Under the pieces are notes generated by a model that saw only the letters and a list, made by a program, of their open reading frames with translations, was not told the DNA's origin and searched no databases. 64,000 nt of DNA, taken from contig OZ176054.1 in assembly GCA_964247055.1 (NCBI GenBank), positions 9,982,001 through 10,046,000 of the forward strand, read 5' to 3'. The DNA comes from Paragordius varius. Taxonomy: Eukaryota; Animalia; Nematomorpha. This document shows, piece by piece, positions 12,772 to 25,700 of this stretch (within the stretch, counting starts at the first letter, position 1; every line of letters begins with the position of its first letter). The position numbers and the translations under genes were made by a program.

Positions 12772-15733
12772 ATGCCAAATATTACAATAAATGATAAAAT
12801 ACTTATAAGAATTTGGAACGTCAGGGGAATCCAATTAAACATTTTGGTTATCAATAAAACCCATTACAAGGGCAATAGTGTTTTATAAAATGAAGAAAGT
12901 TGTATTTTATGTCGGATTTAATCCTAGCCCGATTAACTTAACATATATCATTGTGCATGCCCCTACAGCGGACTCCGAAAAAGAAAGAAAGATGCATTTT
13001 ATGAACAGCTCCAAGACTTAATAAACTCTGTACCTAAAAAGGATATTATTATAATAGGTGGTGATTGGAATAGTAAGATGGATCAAGATTACGACATGAT
13101 AGTGCGAAAACACGAAAGGAACGAGGTGAACGATTGATAGAATTCTCTATGATTAATATGTTTGTTGTGAATACATGGTATAAACGACATAAAAGACGGT
13201 TATACACCATGACCTCCCCTTGTGGGAAAATCAAAAACCAAATAGATTTTTTTATAGGACAATAAAAATGGAAAAAGTTTGAATTATGCTAAAACCAAGA
13301 AAAATTGTGACTGCTCAAGCTATGATCAACTATTAATAACAAATTTAATCGCACAATCCCGGAAGAAGGAATAAGATTACAAAGACAACGTAGAATAAAT
13401 CCCTTTATATAAGATAGAAGTAAACAATAGATTTCAATTCCTAGCTAAGACAGATAATTAATCATAAAACCAATGGAATAATATTAAAACAATAATTCAT
13501 GAGACAACACAAAAATATTTACCAAAGAAAAAACATTATATAAAGAGTTATCATATGACTGTATAAAAATAATTGAATAAAGAAAAAGAGTTAAAAATAG
13601 AGGGGAAATAGATTGGTTAAAAAAATAAATTCTAGTCTCCAGAGACAAAAAAGGAAGGGCCTGGAGGAATATTGGAATGAAACGCGATTATTGAGGAAGC
13701 AATCAGAAAAGGCTTAAATAAACCTCTGTTTCAAACCATTAGAATAAGAAATCAATACCAACTTCCAAATTGACGACGAATAGAATTTAGACAAAAATTG
13801 GAAAGTTAGACCAAACAGCTATATAGTGACTCCCAGGTAAAAATGATAAAAACATATATGGGAATGGGGATGATGAGTTGTGTATATGAAGAGGTGGTAA
13901 AAGCTTTATCGATACCAATAAGGAAAGCCTCTGGAATATACCATTTGCACTTCAGTCCTTGAAATGTTCAAGTTGGTTCTTGAACATTTCAAGTTGGTCT
14001 TTGAATTTTTCAAACTGGTGCTTTGACTTTTTAGTTTTATTTTTACCTTTTATCAATCAATGGCATATCATTCATCTATTTTATCTTTTTAACCTATTTT
14101 CTATTATTTAACATAAGTTTTTAATCAATATCAACTTTTAATCATTGAAACCATATATTTTTTAAAAAATATAAAAGTTTTCTGAATTATTTACAATTTT
14201 TTATTGATTAAAAGTTAATAATTTTGTTAAATTGGAAAGAAATAAGTTTGAAACAAAAAAGTAGTTTTTGAACAAATTATTTTAAAATGAATAAATATAT
14301 AATAAATAAAGAAAATTAAAAAAGTAATACCATTAAAAAATACATGCAAAACGACCAACTTGAAATGTTCAACCAATTTGAAGTGTTTAAGAAGACTCTT
14401 GAAGTGTAAATGGTATTAATAATCCCTGGAAATAATAAATGTTATACCTATATCACTTCTGGGAGTCAGTTATTTGGCCAAAACACTGGCAAAGTTCACT
14501 GTCAATCCCAGTTTTTAAAAGGGGAGATAAACAAACTGCGTGAACTATAAATAACTCTTATTAGTCAAAGCAAGGCAAAACAGTTTACATCAAGTGAGAG
14601 CCAGAGAGATTCCAGATGTTCAAGCAGGATTTATAGGGCGTAGCACAAGAGTTCACATTAACGTAAGACGCATAAAAAGCTGTAAATATTAAGTCGAGTT
14701 AGTTATGTGTTGTATTGATTGTACCCAGGCTTTTGACTCGATTGACCAGGTACATTGGCAAAGTTTGGAAGCAATGGGAGTTACAGCAAAGCTTATAACC
14801 TTTCGCAAAAATTTGTATGAACACCAAAAAGCCATAATACCAACCCCGATGGGCAGAACCAACAATATTTCAATACAGATAGGTGTTAGACAAGGATGTT
14901 GCCTCTCACCATACTTGTTTAATATTTGTACAGAAATGATCTTGAGAAAATACTACAGAAAGCCTTAGGATAGGATGGAGAAATCGAAGATTCGCAGATG
15001 ACATGACGCTGATTGATAATGTAGATAGTTAATAATAAAGGTAGTAAGAGAAGACAGTAAAAGATATGGATTGAACCTCAATCCTAGAAATCAAAGTTAT
15101 TAATTTATTAAAAAACAAATCTAATATAACCATAGACGACACCCCAGTAGAAGTAGTAAATGAAATCCTATTCTTAGGCTCTCTAATCGATGTCAACGGC
15201 TCTTCCGCGCATATTAAACACCGCATAGCATTAGCGAAGCCAACTGCGAACAAGCTGACCTAATTATGGTTAAGTAAAGATATCACTATGAAAAAGTGAA
15301 AGTAATAAAATGCGTAGTTTTTCCGGTAGCGACTTAAGCTGCCGAAAGTTGAACACTAAAACTGAATGATAAAAAAGGATTACAGCATTTAAAATGTGTT
15401 GTTAAAGGAGAATGTTGAAAATAAGATGGTCTGATAGGTTAAGAATAAAATTATAAGAGAAATACTAAAATTGAAAGACACTTAATGGGAGCAAAGAAAG
15501 TTCACGTACATTGGGCACATTTGAAGTGGTACATACCTTGAGTAGGATTTGATTTTTGGGAAAGTTGAAGGGAAAAGAAAAAAGGAAGACCCATGTTAAG
15601 ATGGCTGGATACTGTAATGAAGGAATCTGGTAGATTAGGGGATCGAAAGAAGTAGCATGGGAAACGTGGATAGAACTGGTCATTTTAATTTCCAAGGGGT
15701 CGAACTCGTCCTAAAGGAATTACCTACCTACCT
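12772..15733 (+). mobile_element. Degenerate non-LTR retrotransposon (RTE-like LINE)
   Basis: APE motifs IWNVRG, VHAPTADSE..FYEQLQDLINSVPKKDII..GDWNSK. RT motifs AFDSID, GVRQGCCLSPYLFN, RFADDMTL. Ends in (TACC)n. Many stops and frameshifts. Confidence 0.9.
13941..14413. mobile_element. TA-flanked MITE with CCATTT termini, nested in the LINE
   Basis: TIRs CCATTTGCACTTC / GAAGTGTAAATGG, TA on both sides. Splits the LINE KASGI/NNIP motif. Confidence 0.85.
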
Positions 15734-15735
15734 AT

Positions 15736-16050
15736 GATCTGACAACAAATGTTTGGCATTTTTAGAATCAGCTGTTTTTTGATGAGATCCAAATTAAAGT
15801 GTAAATATTTGTTAAAAAACTGTTAAAAATAAATTATGAGTTTATACAATTATATGTTTGATGAATATTTTTTAGCCATAATACCATATAATATTAAATT
15901 ACCAAATGATCACATGAAATTCAAGGTAATGAAGTCAGGACCACTTGTAGCGACAAAACTCAAATCTTAAGATTAAATTGATATATTCTTTAACTTTTAA
16001 CAAATTCGACACACACAAACACACACACACGCACACACACACAGCTACAC

Positions 16051-16092
<42 letters not shown>

Positions 16093-16323
16093 TTTCTTTT
16101 ATGGTTTATAAATATGGCCTCTACTGACATTGGTAAATTTATTATTATTTAAAAAATTTAACAAATTATGGTTTTCAGTATAGTTAATAGATGTTTTTAT
16201 ATTGATTTAAAGTTTATTCATGGTCTGTACTGCAAAATAATCAATATTGAACGTATATTTAAATATGGCTTAAAAGATAGTTTAAATTTAAAAATTTGCT
16301 TTAAATTACTCACCAGTAAGTGT
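15736..16323 (-). pseudogene. Residual exons between blocks C and B
   Basis: DGETLTG with donor GTGAGT (16303-16323); DLSFVATSGPDFITLNFM*SFG phase-1/phase-1 exon with an internal TGA (about 15900-15962); ADSKNAKHLLSDH abutting the LINE 3' tail. Confidence 0.35.
16010..16090. repeat. Compound (CA)n-(TA)n microsatellite
   Basis: Visible dinucleotide runs. Confidence 0.9.
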
Positions 16324-17032
16324 CTCGCCATCGTCTACAGTTTCAATATATATTTTAAAATTCTAGAATTTAAATTAATACAATAAATATAAATAGATTT
16401 GGCACGTTATAATATTATATATATTATTATATAAACATTACATAATTTGTTAATAATTTATAAATAACTATGTCGAGCCCTTAATAAGGCTGAAAGTCAT
16501 ATATCGCTATTATAGGATGAACTGATGTTTAAACCAAGGGTTGTAAACCAAATTGGTTTCGCGGGCCGCATATAGAAAAATGACGGGCGAGTTTATAATA
16601 TATTGTAAAAAAATGAGCCAATAATATTTCGCCAATTTCCTGAAAATTAACAATCATGATTTTTAAAGTTATCTAACTTACCCTAGAACGATCTAGTATA
16701 TTAATGTATATTATCTCAAAAAGATATTTGGCCTGACATCATACATCTTAACGCACCCAAAGTGATGAGATATGTTGACTATATATGCGTTCATTAGCTA
16801 AATGACTCTTATTTCCAAAGGCTATGCTTTAATGTGACGACATTGGTTGGTATACTAGGAAATAAAGCTTTAGGTAAAGCTTATTTCACACACATCCTCA
16901 AATTTAAATTATCAATAATTAAAGTAGCGTATATGTGTAGGAAATGATAATGATGGTTATTTTTTAATATTTTTATTTTTTTATTTATAACATCTCTTGC
17001 AAATTGACAAAATCAGAATATATATATATATA

Positions 17033-18301
17033 TACTATGTGCAAAAAAGAGGGTCATTTTGATTTAACGAAAAAAATTTTTTTTCATGAGATAGCTTATG
17101 ACCAGCGTATTCATTTGCCGCAGAAATTTTTATTTGTTGACAACCTAGTTTTTGGAATATTAAGAGATAATCGAAATAGGGCAAAAAGTGAAAATTAAGG
17201 ATAATCAAGGATAAATCAAAATATAATGATAAAATTTGATATATTATGGTTTATTATCTAGGAGATATTTTCAATATAAAAATAGCCTAAAATCATATAG
17301 TTAGGGTTTCTATAAAATTTAAGCTCAGAAGATGGCGTTTTTCTTTTATCACACTTTTAAAACAAAAAAATATAATGAAAATATATTATAATTTTTTAAA
17401 TAACTCCTAAACTCACTATTAAAATCTTAAGATTCATATTTTATTCAGTAAAAAATACCTATATATCAAAATAAACCCAAAAATATTGTTTTTTATTTTG
17501 TATTTTTTTGTCATCTGGTTTATGAGTGTATAAAAAATTTATACTGTTTTATTTTGGATTTTTACATTAGTGGTAATTATTAAGTATATAATTTATGCAA
17601 AATAGGATTAAAAATTAGTGGAATATCAACCAACAATCCGTACAAATCCCAATACAAATATTAATTTGTCATAAAACATACTTGTTACAGGAAATTGTAA
17701 GGATTGTTGGTTGATATTCCACTACTTTTAAATCCTATTTTGCATAAATTATATAGTTAATAATTCCTAATCATGTAAGAATCCAAAATAAAACAGTATA
17801 AATTTTTTATTTACTCATAAACCAGATGACAAAAAAAAGCAAAAATAAAAAACAATATTTTAATTTTATTTTGATATAGAAGTTTATTTTCCATAATATA
17901 TGAATGTTAAGATTTTAGTAGTGAGTTTTGGTAGTAAATAATTAAAAAAATTTTTTTAATATAGGTTCATTAAAACTTTTTTGTCTTTTAAGTGTGATAA
18001 AAGAAAAACGCCATCTTTTGACCTGAAAAGAAACCCTAACTATATGATTTTAGGCTATTTATATATATAAAATATCTCTTAAAATGATAATAAACGATAA
18101 TATTTTAGATTTTATCATTATTTTTTGAATTATTCTTAATATCCTTAATTTTCACTTTTTGCCCGATTCCGATTTTCTTTCAATATTTCAAAAACTAGGT
18201 TATCAACAAATAAAAATTTTTGCGGCAAATGAATACGCTGGTCATAAGCTATCTCATGAAAAAAAAATTTTTTTTCGTTAAAAATTTTTTTGCACACAGT
18301 G
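17033..18301. mobile_element. Foldback-type non-autonomous DNA transposon (CACTGTGTGC termini)
   Basis: Long imperfect inverted arms (tttcatgagatagcttatgaccagcgtattcatttgccgc and its reverse complement). Same family as 25651-28311. Confidence 0.85.
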
Positions 18302-18642
18302 AATATATATATTGATTGCCCTATGTTTTAGCCTAGTGCATATACTGTATTTTTACAATGATAATAATAAATCATTACTATGGTTTTGAAAAATTTGAAA
18401 TTCAAAGCATTCCTAATAATTTTTATTGGAAGAACCAATATTACTTGTCAAATTAAAAAAATATGGAACAAGAACATGTAACTGCCTATAATATGAGTAA
18501 AAGAATAAACTGTTATTAATTAATATTTATTTTTATGTGATATTATATAGAATTTTAAATTACAATTTTAATTTTATTTTATAGTTTTCAAATATTTCGA
18601 GGAAGTAAAAAATAAGGAGCCGCAGTTACTCATGATATAAAC

Positions 18643-18852
18643 CAGGGGTTTAGCACGGGGCAGTCCGATACATTATGTGCGGCCCGTGAAACAGTTGAAA
18701 AATAATTGAAAATACGATTTCCATACTTTGAATATGCAAATGATTGAGTAAAAAGAATTTTTTATTCTGTATCATTTTTACAAACGAAAAAGAAATTATT
18801 CGTAAAATAAATTACACATATTTTCTGCATTTTTATCGTGTCGGCATCCCTG
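18643..18852. mobile_element. hAT-type MITE
   Basis: CAGGGG...CCCTG termini. 8-bp flanks ATATAAAC / ATTTAAAC (7 of 8 match). Confidence 0.7.
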
Positions 18853-18898
18853 ATTTAAACAAGAATTTTCAAAGCTTAAAATCATAAATTAAACTCAC

Positions 18899-20993
18899 AG
18901 TAAAAAGCTGTTTCTATTTGACGAGATATATCCCTTTCTCTGCCATATTCTGTTTGTAACATTATAGTGTAATTCCCGGGCTCAATGTTTTCTACCACGA
19001 ATCTTGTGTCATTCTATTTTGATTTGTAAATTTTTATGCAATTAAACTATTTTCTTTTAAGATAATTGTAGAAAGCTTTTAAAATTGGTGATCCAGAAAA
19101 TTTTATTATTGAAACAATATGAAATATAAATAAAATTTGAGGTGTATTTTCAGCTATATAGCGGTGATGTATGGCAGGTATTATAATGTTTAAACACAAC
19201 CACATTTATAACCAAAAAAAATTAAGGAGGCCTTAAATTATTTTATTTATCAAGCAAGCGTTTTTACTATGAAAGGTTTATGATAATTATATAATATGCA
19301 TACCAAATAATTAACTCTTGTTATTCGTTTCTTACCATCCAAGTAGAAAATAACCCTGCCATTTTGATCTGAAGCTAGCGATAATTCATATTCAAAAATA
19401 TAATTTCTTCCATTTTCTCCATCCTCAATCCACATATCATAACCTTGAATCCCATAAATTGATGATTTTCTGTCAAAGCAGTTACTTTTGTCCAACACTT
19501 TATGTATATATTATTAGTAATAAATTATTAACGATATTAAATTTACCTTGTTTAAATCAAAATAATGCGTTTCAAATTTATTGAAAATTTACCTGATTTA
19601 ATTAGGTGCAAAAACAGTACACATTATAAAAGATATGTTTTTATAGAAATTTACAACTAATATTAGGTTTCCAGGTCTACTACGTTTTTCAGTAAAATTA
19701 CAGTATGAGTAAATATACATTGCTAGTTTTTCATTAACTATTGCCAAATAGCATATACAGTAAAGGGCAGTATTATTGGCATATAGTTATTATTTCACTT
19801 TTAATTAGCCAATAATAATTCTCGCTGCATAGGCTATTTGGCACTATTTAATAAAAAACTAGCAATGCATAATCATACCGTAATATGTGTTTGTGTTACC
19901 ACCACTTCTTACATTTAAAGACATAACATTTTAATGGACAAAAGCCAAAATATAATTGGTAGAATTAAATATATTTTATATAATAACAATAATAAACAAT
20001 TAAAGCTATTAACCAGTATTGGGTACATCAATTTTGATCGAGAGACAATCATCAGTTTGTGAGATAATAGTTGATGTTACGTTGGAGTTAGAAAAATATA
20101 TATTTTCTTCAGTATCTGTTTTTTACACATAATATTTTACCGTTATATGGCTTTATTGTCGTATCTAAAAACGGATCATTACATAAAAAAATTTTACCGG
20201 CTTGAAAGGATGGGTTTACGGGAACTTTTAGGATAAAACTAGTGACTAGGAAATTTATCATAAATTTTACCATTATCGGTTGCTATATCCACGCATAAAA
20301 ATAGATTTCGTTATGAAGAAGCAATTTAATAAGACAAAATGCATGATAAATATATACTTTCTGTGTCGGATATCGATATATCTTGGTTGGTGTCTGCATG
20401 AAAGAAAATATAATATTAAAATCCTTAAAATCATAATTTTTGTAAAAATGTTTGTTACGAAATCCGATTGGTTTACATCATGCCTAACCAAAAGCAATCG
20501 AAGACCCTTATTATTGCAGATTACAAAAACTGATTTTTTTCTAAATTAAGAATTAACAATAATATTTCTTACTTGAGAAAGATAATCCTTTTGATCCAAC
20601 AAGGCCCCCAATCAAACCTTAAATTTTATCATTTTATATACCTCCAATCGTAGTTATTAGAATGCCTAAATAGTATATCAAAGAAAAATTAACCTCCAGC
20701 CAAGAGTCCGCCTATAAGCATGTTGAGTAAATATAAGAAATATCATTATATTATTTACATTGAAAAGCATACTACCTTTGCTAGCTATAAAAATTTGTTA
20801 TTATAATTTGTAATTAATATCATTTACAATATATATAATATTATGTCATACCTAATGCCAATTTACCTAAATTTTATAAATATATGTTGCGTTGAATTCA
20901 AGGAATAATTAATTAAAATTATCAAAATACCACTTAAGGCTCCTAAAAGGGAGCTTTGAAGCGCCGTTGGAATTTTAGAAATTGATTTGGGTA
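18899..20993 (-). CDS. Micro-exon gene block C: glycine-zipper hydrophobic segment followed by an ectodomain-like region
   Basis: Twelve consecutive phase-1/phase-1 GT-AG exons with no stop: 20931-20993, 20852-20866, 20776-20784, 20694-20711, 20642-20665, 20573-20617, 20489-20506, 20358-20393, 20271-20282, 20198-20245, 20141-20164, 20014-20115. Further clear exons 19336-19497 (LDKSNCFD...RVIFYLDG, GTAAGA) and 18899-19013 (NDTRFVVENIEPGNYTIMLQTEYG..., GTGAGT). The linking exons between these are less certain. Confidence 0.75.
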
Positions 20994-21079
20994 CTAAATA
21001 AAATCACTCATATTAAATATTTGCACAAAACAGATAATTGTTGATCTAACGCGTTCCCCATTTCGAAGTTAGTATATAT

Positions 21080-21334
21080 CAGGGGTGTCCAACGCGCGGC
21101 CCTCCAAAATATATATGCAGCCCGAGAGAAATTTAAAATAGAAATTTTTACGAAAACTAAATTTAATTTATTTTATAATATAATTTTCTTAATAGTTTTT
21201 TCCGAATTTGCAATAATATACAGTAAATTTTACAGTTTCATGCTTAAAATCTAATACAATAATTATTAATGCAAATAATTTCGCTTTTGATAGAAAAATG
21301 CGGCCCACTAAGCTATTTGTGTTGGATGCCCCTG
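21080..21334. mobile_element. hAT-type MITE
   Basis: TIRs CAGGGGTGTCCAAC / GTTGGATGCCCCTG with partly conserved 8-bp flanks. A related left end lies near 2598. Confidence 0.75.
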
Positions 21335-21368
21335 ATATAGATGAAAAACTGTGATCATCAAAATAATG

Positions 21369-22720
21369 TCACATCTTTTTAAAATATACTTTGGAACCTC
21401 GTAATCCTTAAAATTTGTTATTTTAGAAACAATTGGTCGTAAGGGTCTTATATTTAAATACCTGATCTACCATATAATCTCGTTTCTCTACCATTATTTC
21501 TACCATCATTTCTACCTATATTCAAAAAAGATATAAAATATTATTTGAACCATAAATTTAAAAATAAATTTTTTACTGGGTCTTGGCGGTTTACCATTAT
21601 CCTTTTTGTTATTTAAACCCTGTTTGTTATCTATATAAATTAATTAACAATTTAATAGGATGTTGATAATAGAGATCAAATTCATTAGAAATTTCTTGCA
21701 CAATAAGTAAACCTTCTTCTTTAGGAACGTTTTCATTGGGTTGGTTATCAGATAGTTTAACTAATAATATTAAAAATATATATGCCCGGAAAATGTATAA
21801 TATTAAAATTAACGGGAATGAATTAAATGGAAAGATATAAGCATTTATGTATACTCCTAGAAATAAATTTTAGTTATGTGACAAAACATCAACATAATTA
21901 TTAGGGTAAAACCAATTAAAATTTATATACCCATGAATTTTTAATTTAAGTCGATTTCTAAATTTGTATGTGAATTACCTCTTTTATCGTCAGGTTCTTC
22001 TTCGGAAGAGGTGTCGTCTGGACGTGATCTATCTCTATTCGGGTCAGATGGGCCTAAAAATTTTAGCGTAAATCGTACCAGCCTCCTCTTCTTCTGGATT
22101 CGAACTTTCTGCTTCCATCTCGGATTCTTCACTGTCGCTTAAAACATCAGCCATGAGCTCCAAATCTAAAATCAACAAATAAGGATTTGCTAGCTTTTAT
22201 CAGATGCAGTTATATTAAAATAAATTCAATATCCTCATATCTTTATTAACGATCATTTATTACATTACGTAGCAAATAGGGATTCTAAAATGCTATATTT
22301 ATAAATCATATATTATTTGATAGCTATGCTCTCATACAGTTGACAATGTAGAAAAAAGGTATTTTAATTTTTCTGCTATTATTTAAAATCATAAAATCGC
22401 ATTCTTTTCGCCATTAGGTGAAAATAAATGGAGAAAAACGCCTCAACAAATTCCTAATATATATACCATAAAAATACTCTTGAACGCAAAATGTTATTGG
22501 TAAGATATTGAAAATTTAAAAAATCCTTGAACTTCCAGGTACTAATGATAAAAAATTATATTTTGGTGTCAAATTCGAATTGAAACTTGTTATTACACGG
22601 TAAAAGATTTCATATTTTACCCAATATATCGCATTCATGATTTAGGCCTTATATCAAAAAATAATTTTTTGCAACGCACCATCTGGAAGTAGCGTGTAAT
22701 TTTCTCAAGCCTTAAATATA

Positions 22721-22765
<45 letters not shown>

Positions 22766-25700
22766 AAATATATTATAATTCCTTTCCTGTACATATCGAT
22801 GGAGGTAACAAGATCGATCGACTCAGTTTTATTTGGAAAGTTTTTTGCCCAAAACCGCATAATAGACAAAATGGTACCAAAATGCTTAGCAAAAAAACTC
22901 CCAAATTAAAAATCGAGTTAGATTTTTTTTTCTCCATCAAATTGTATAGGAAAGGTGCTATAATACATAAATTGCATGTTTTATTAAAATTTACGCTACT
23001 TCCGCTTTGGTGTAAATAGCAAAAAATATTTTTTCATCGAAGCCTTAAATCAATTGGGTAACTTGAAATACATATGAAATACAGTCATGTAGACTTTATA
23101 TTGTTAAAGATTTACTTTTTTTCGTTAATTGGGTATTAATATTTGGTAAAGAATATAAAAACAAGAGCAATATGGTATTACCATATCATATTCTTTAAAA
23201 AAAAGTAAAAAATGAAGGGGAAGGGCGTCGGAAATCTTTGGTAAAAAAATGGAAATACACTAACTACTAACCCTTCACTTAAATTTGATGGATATTTTGT
23301 AATGTTAAATTTTGAGAATATTATAGCATTATGTTAACATTTGAATTGTTACGTATTTAGATGAGGAATTTTGTGGGTTTTTAATAATAATTTAATAAAT
23401 AGTAAAATGGGTATTTTATTATTTATGATTCATAATTAAATTCAATAATTACTATTTTCAACATGATAAATACCTGTATTAATCGATATTGGTATTATTT
23501 TATATAGTTGTTATTAGTAATTAAAATACAGGTTATATATTTGTTAAAATTTAAGTAGATTTTGGATTGTTTTTGTTTTTATGTTATTTATTGTCAATTT
23601 TTATATTGACATTTTAATCAAGTAAAAATTGCGGTTTTTAAATTAAGTCAAATTTAATTTTTTTTATTTAACATTGTTAATTGTAATTAATTACTACATA
23701 TTTGTAAATTTTAAAAAATACAGGTAAAAATGGCGGTTTTTAACAAATTTCAAATTTAATTTTTTTTTTGTATCATTGTTTTTGTTATTAATTATCAAAT
23801 ATTTTTGACATTTAAAAAACATGTGAAAATTGCGGTTTTTAATAAAATTAATAAAGTTTTAATGTTTTGTTCAACCTTGCTAATTTATTCAAATGATAGT
23901 AATTTTTACCTGTATATATTAATGTACCAAAAATATATAGGACATAATAAATTAGCGAGGTTGAATAAAACATTAAAAATTTTACTAATTTATTAAAAAC
24001 CGCAATTTTTACCTGTATTTATTAAAATGACCAAATAAATTAATTACAATTAACAATGCAAATCCTAAAAAACAAAAACTCAATTTTTATTAAATTTATT
24101 AAAAACTGCAATTTTTACCTGTAATTATTAAATTGTCCACAATATGTAATTAATTAACAATTAAAAAAAATTTGAAACCGCTATTTTTACCTGTTTTTTT
24201 TAAATTTCCAATATGTAGTAATTAATTACAAATAACAATGCAAATCCTAAAAAAGAAAAAATTTAATTTAACTAAATTTATTAAAAACCACAATTTTCAC
24301 CTGTAATTATTAAAATCACAATATGTCATTAATTACAATTAACAATGTTAAATAAAAAATAAAAAAAATTAAATTTGACTTAATTTAAAAACCGCAATTT
24401 TTACCTGATTAAAATGTCAATATAAAAATTGACAATGAATAACATAAAAACAAAAACAATCCAAAATCAACTTAAATTTTAACAAATATATAACCTGTAT
24501 TTTAATTACTAATAACAACTATATAAAATAATACCAATATCGATTAATACAGGTATTTATCATGTTGAAAATAGTAATTATTGAATTTAATTATGAATCA
24601 TAAATAATAAAATACCCATTTTATTTATTAAATTATTAAAGATAAAAACCCACAAAATTCTGCATCTAAATACGTAACAATTCAAATGTTAACATAATGC
24701 TATAATATTCTCAAAATTTAACATTACAAAATATCCATCAAATATAAGTGAAGGGTTAGTAGTTAGTGTATTTTCATTTTTTTACCAAAGATTTCCGACG
24801 CCCTTCCCCTTCATTTTTTACTTTTTTTTAAAGAATATGATATGGTAATACCATATTGCTCTTGTTTTTATATTCTTTACCAAATATTAATACCCAATTA
24901 ACGAAAAAAAGTAAATCTTTAACAATATAAAGTCTACATGACTGTATATGATGGCAAAATTAAAAACTTCTTTTTTCTATACAAAGTTTATTGAATTCGA
25001 ATGTGACGCCAAAGTGTGATTTTAGCATTACTGTAAGCAACCGTCTGAAAATTTTTAAAATCTTTATCGATATTATTTAGCGTGTGTAAGCATATACTTA
25101 TGTTATCAAATAAAATTTGTAATTTTATCCGTTATATTTAATTTCATTCGACCTATTGCACAAAAAGAATGCGATTTTAATGGCAGGAAAAGTTTAGATA
25201 AATTTTTGCGTTCATTGGCACCGCATTTTATTTTAAATATCTTGTTTTAGCTATCAAAGATTTATAATTAGAGCATTGTTGCTGCGCACCCTGTTTTAAT
25301 CCTAAAAAACATTTTATATTATATTATAATATATTTAATATATAATGTAAACAAATTTATTTTCAAAGAGAGTCGCCATTCGACCTCATTAAAATTTTTC
25401 CCATTATTCTTAAAGATGAAGTAAACCGTATACCAAAAAGATTTTAGTGAAGTATTATTTTGATGACAGTTAAATCAATTATTTTGTAGTTTAAGTTAGT
25501 TATTTATAATATTCTATTAATGTTTCAGATAATCATAGCTTTGAGCTTTTGAAATCAGTTATAACTTGGATGACTGTTCATTCTCCAATCTAATATATTA
25601 CTAGACGTTTACAAATAATCGGTTAAAATAATATGAATGATTGAATATAGCACTGTGTGCAAAAATATTTTTAACAAAATAATTTTTTTTCATGAGATAG

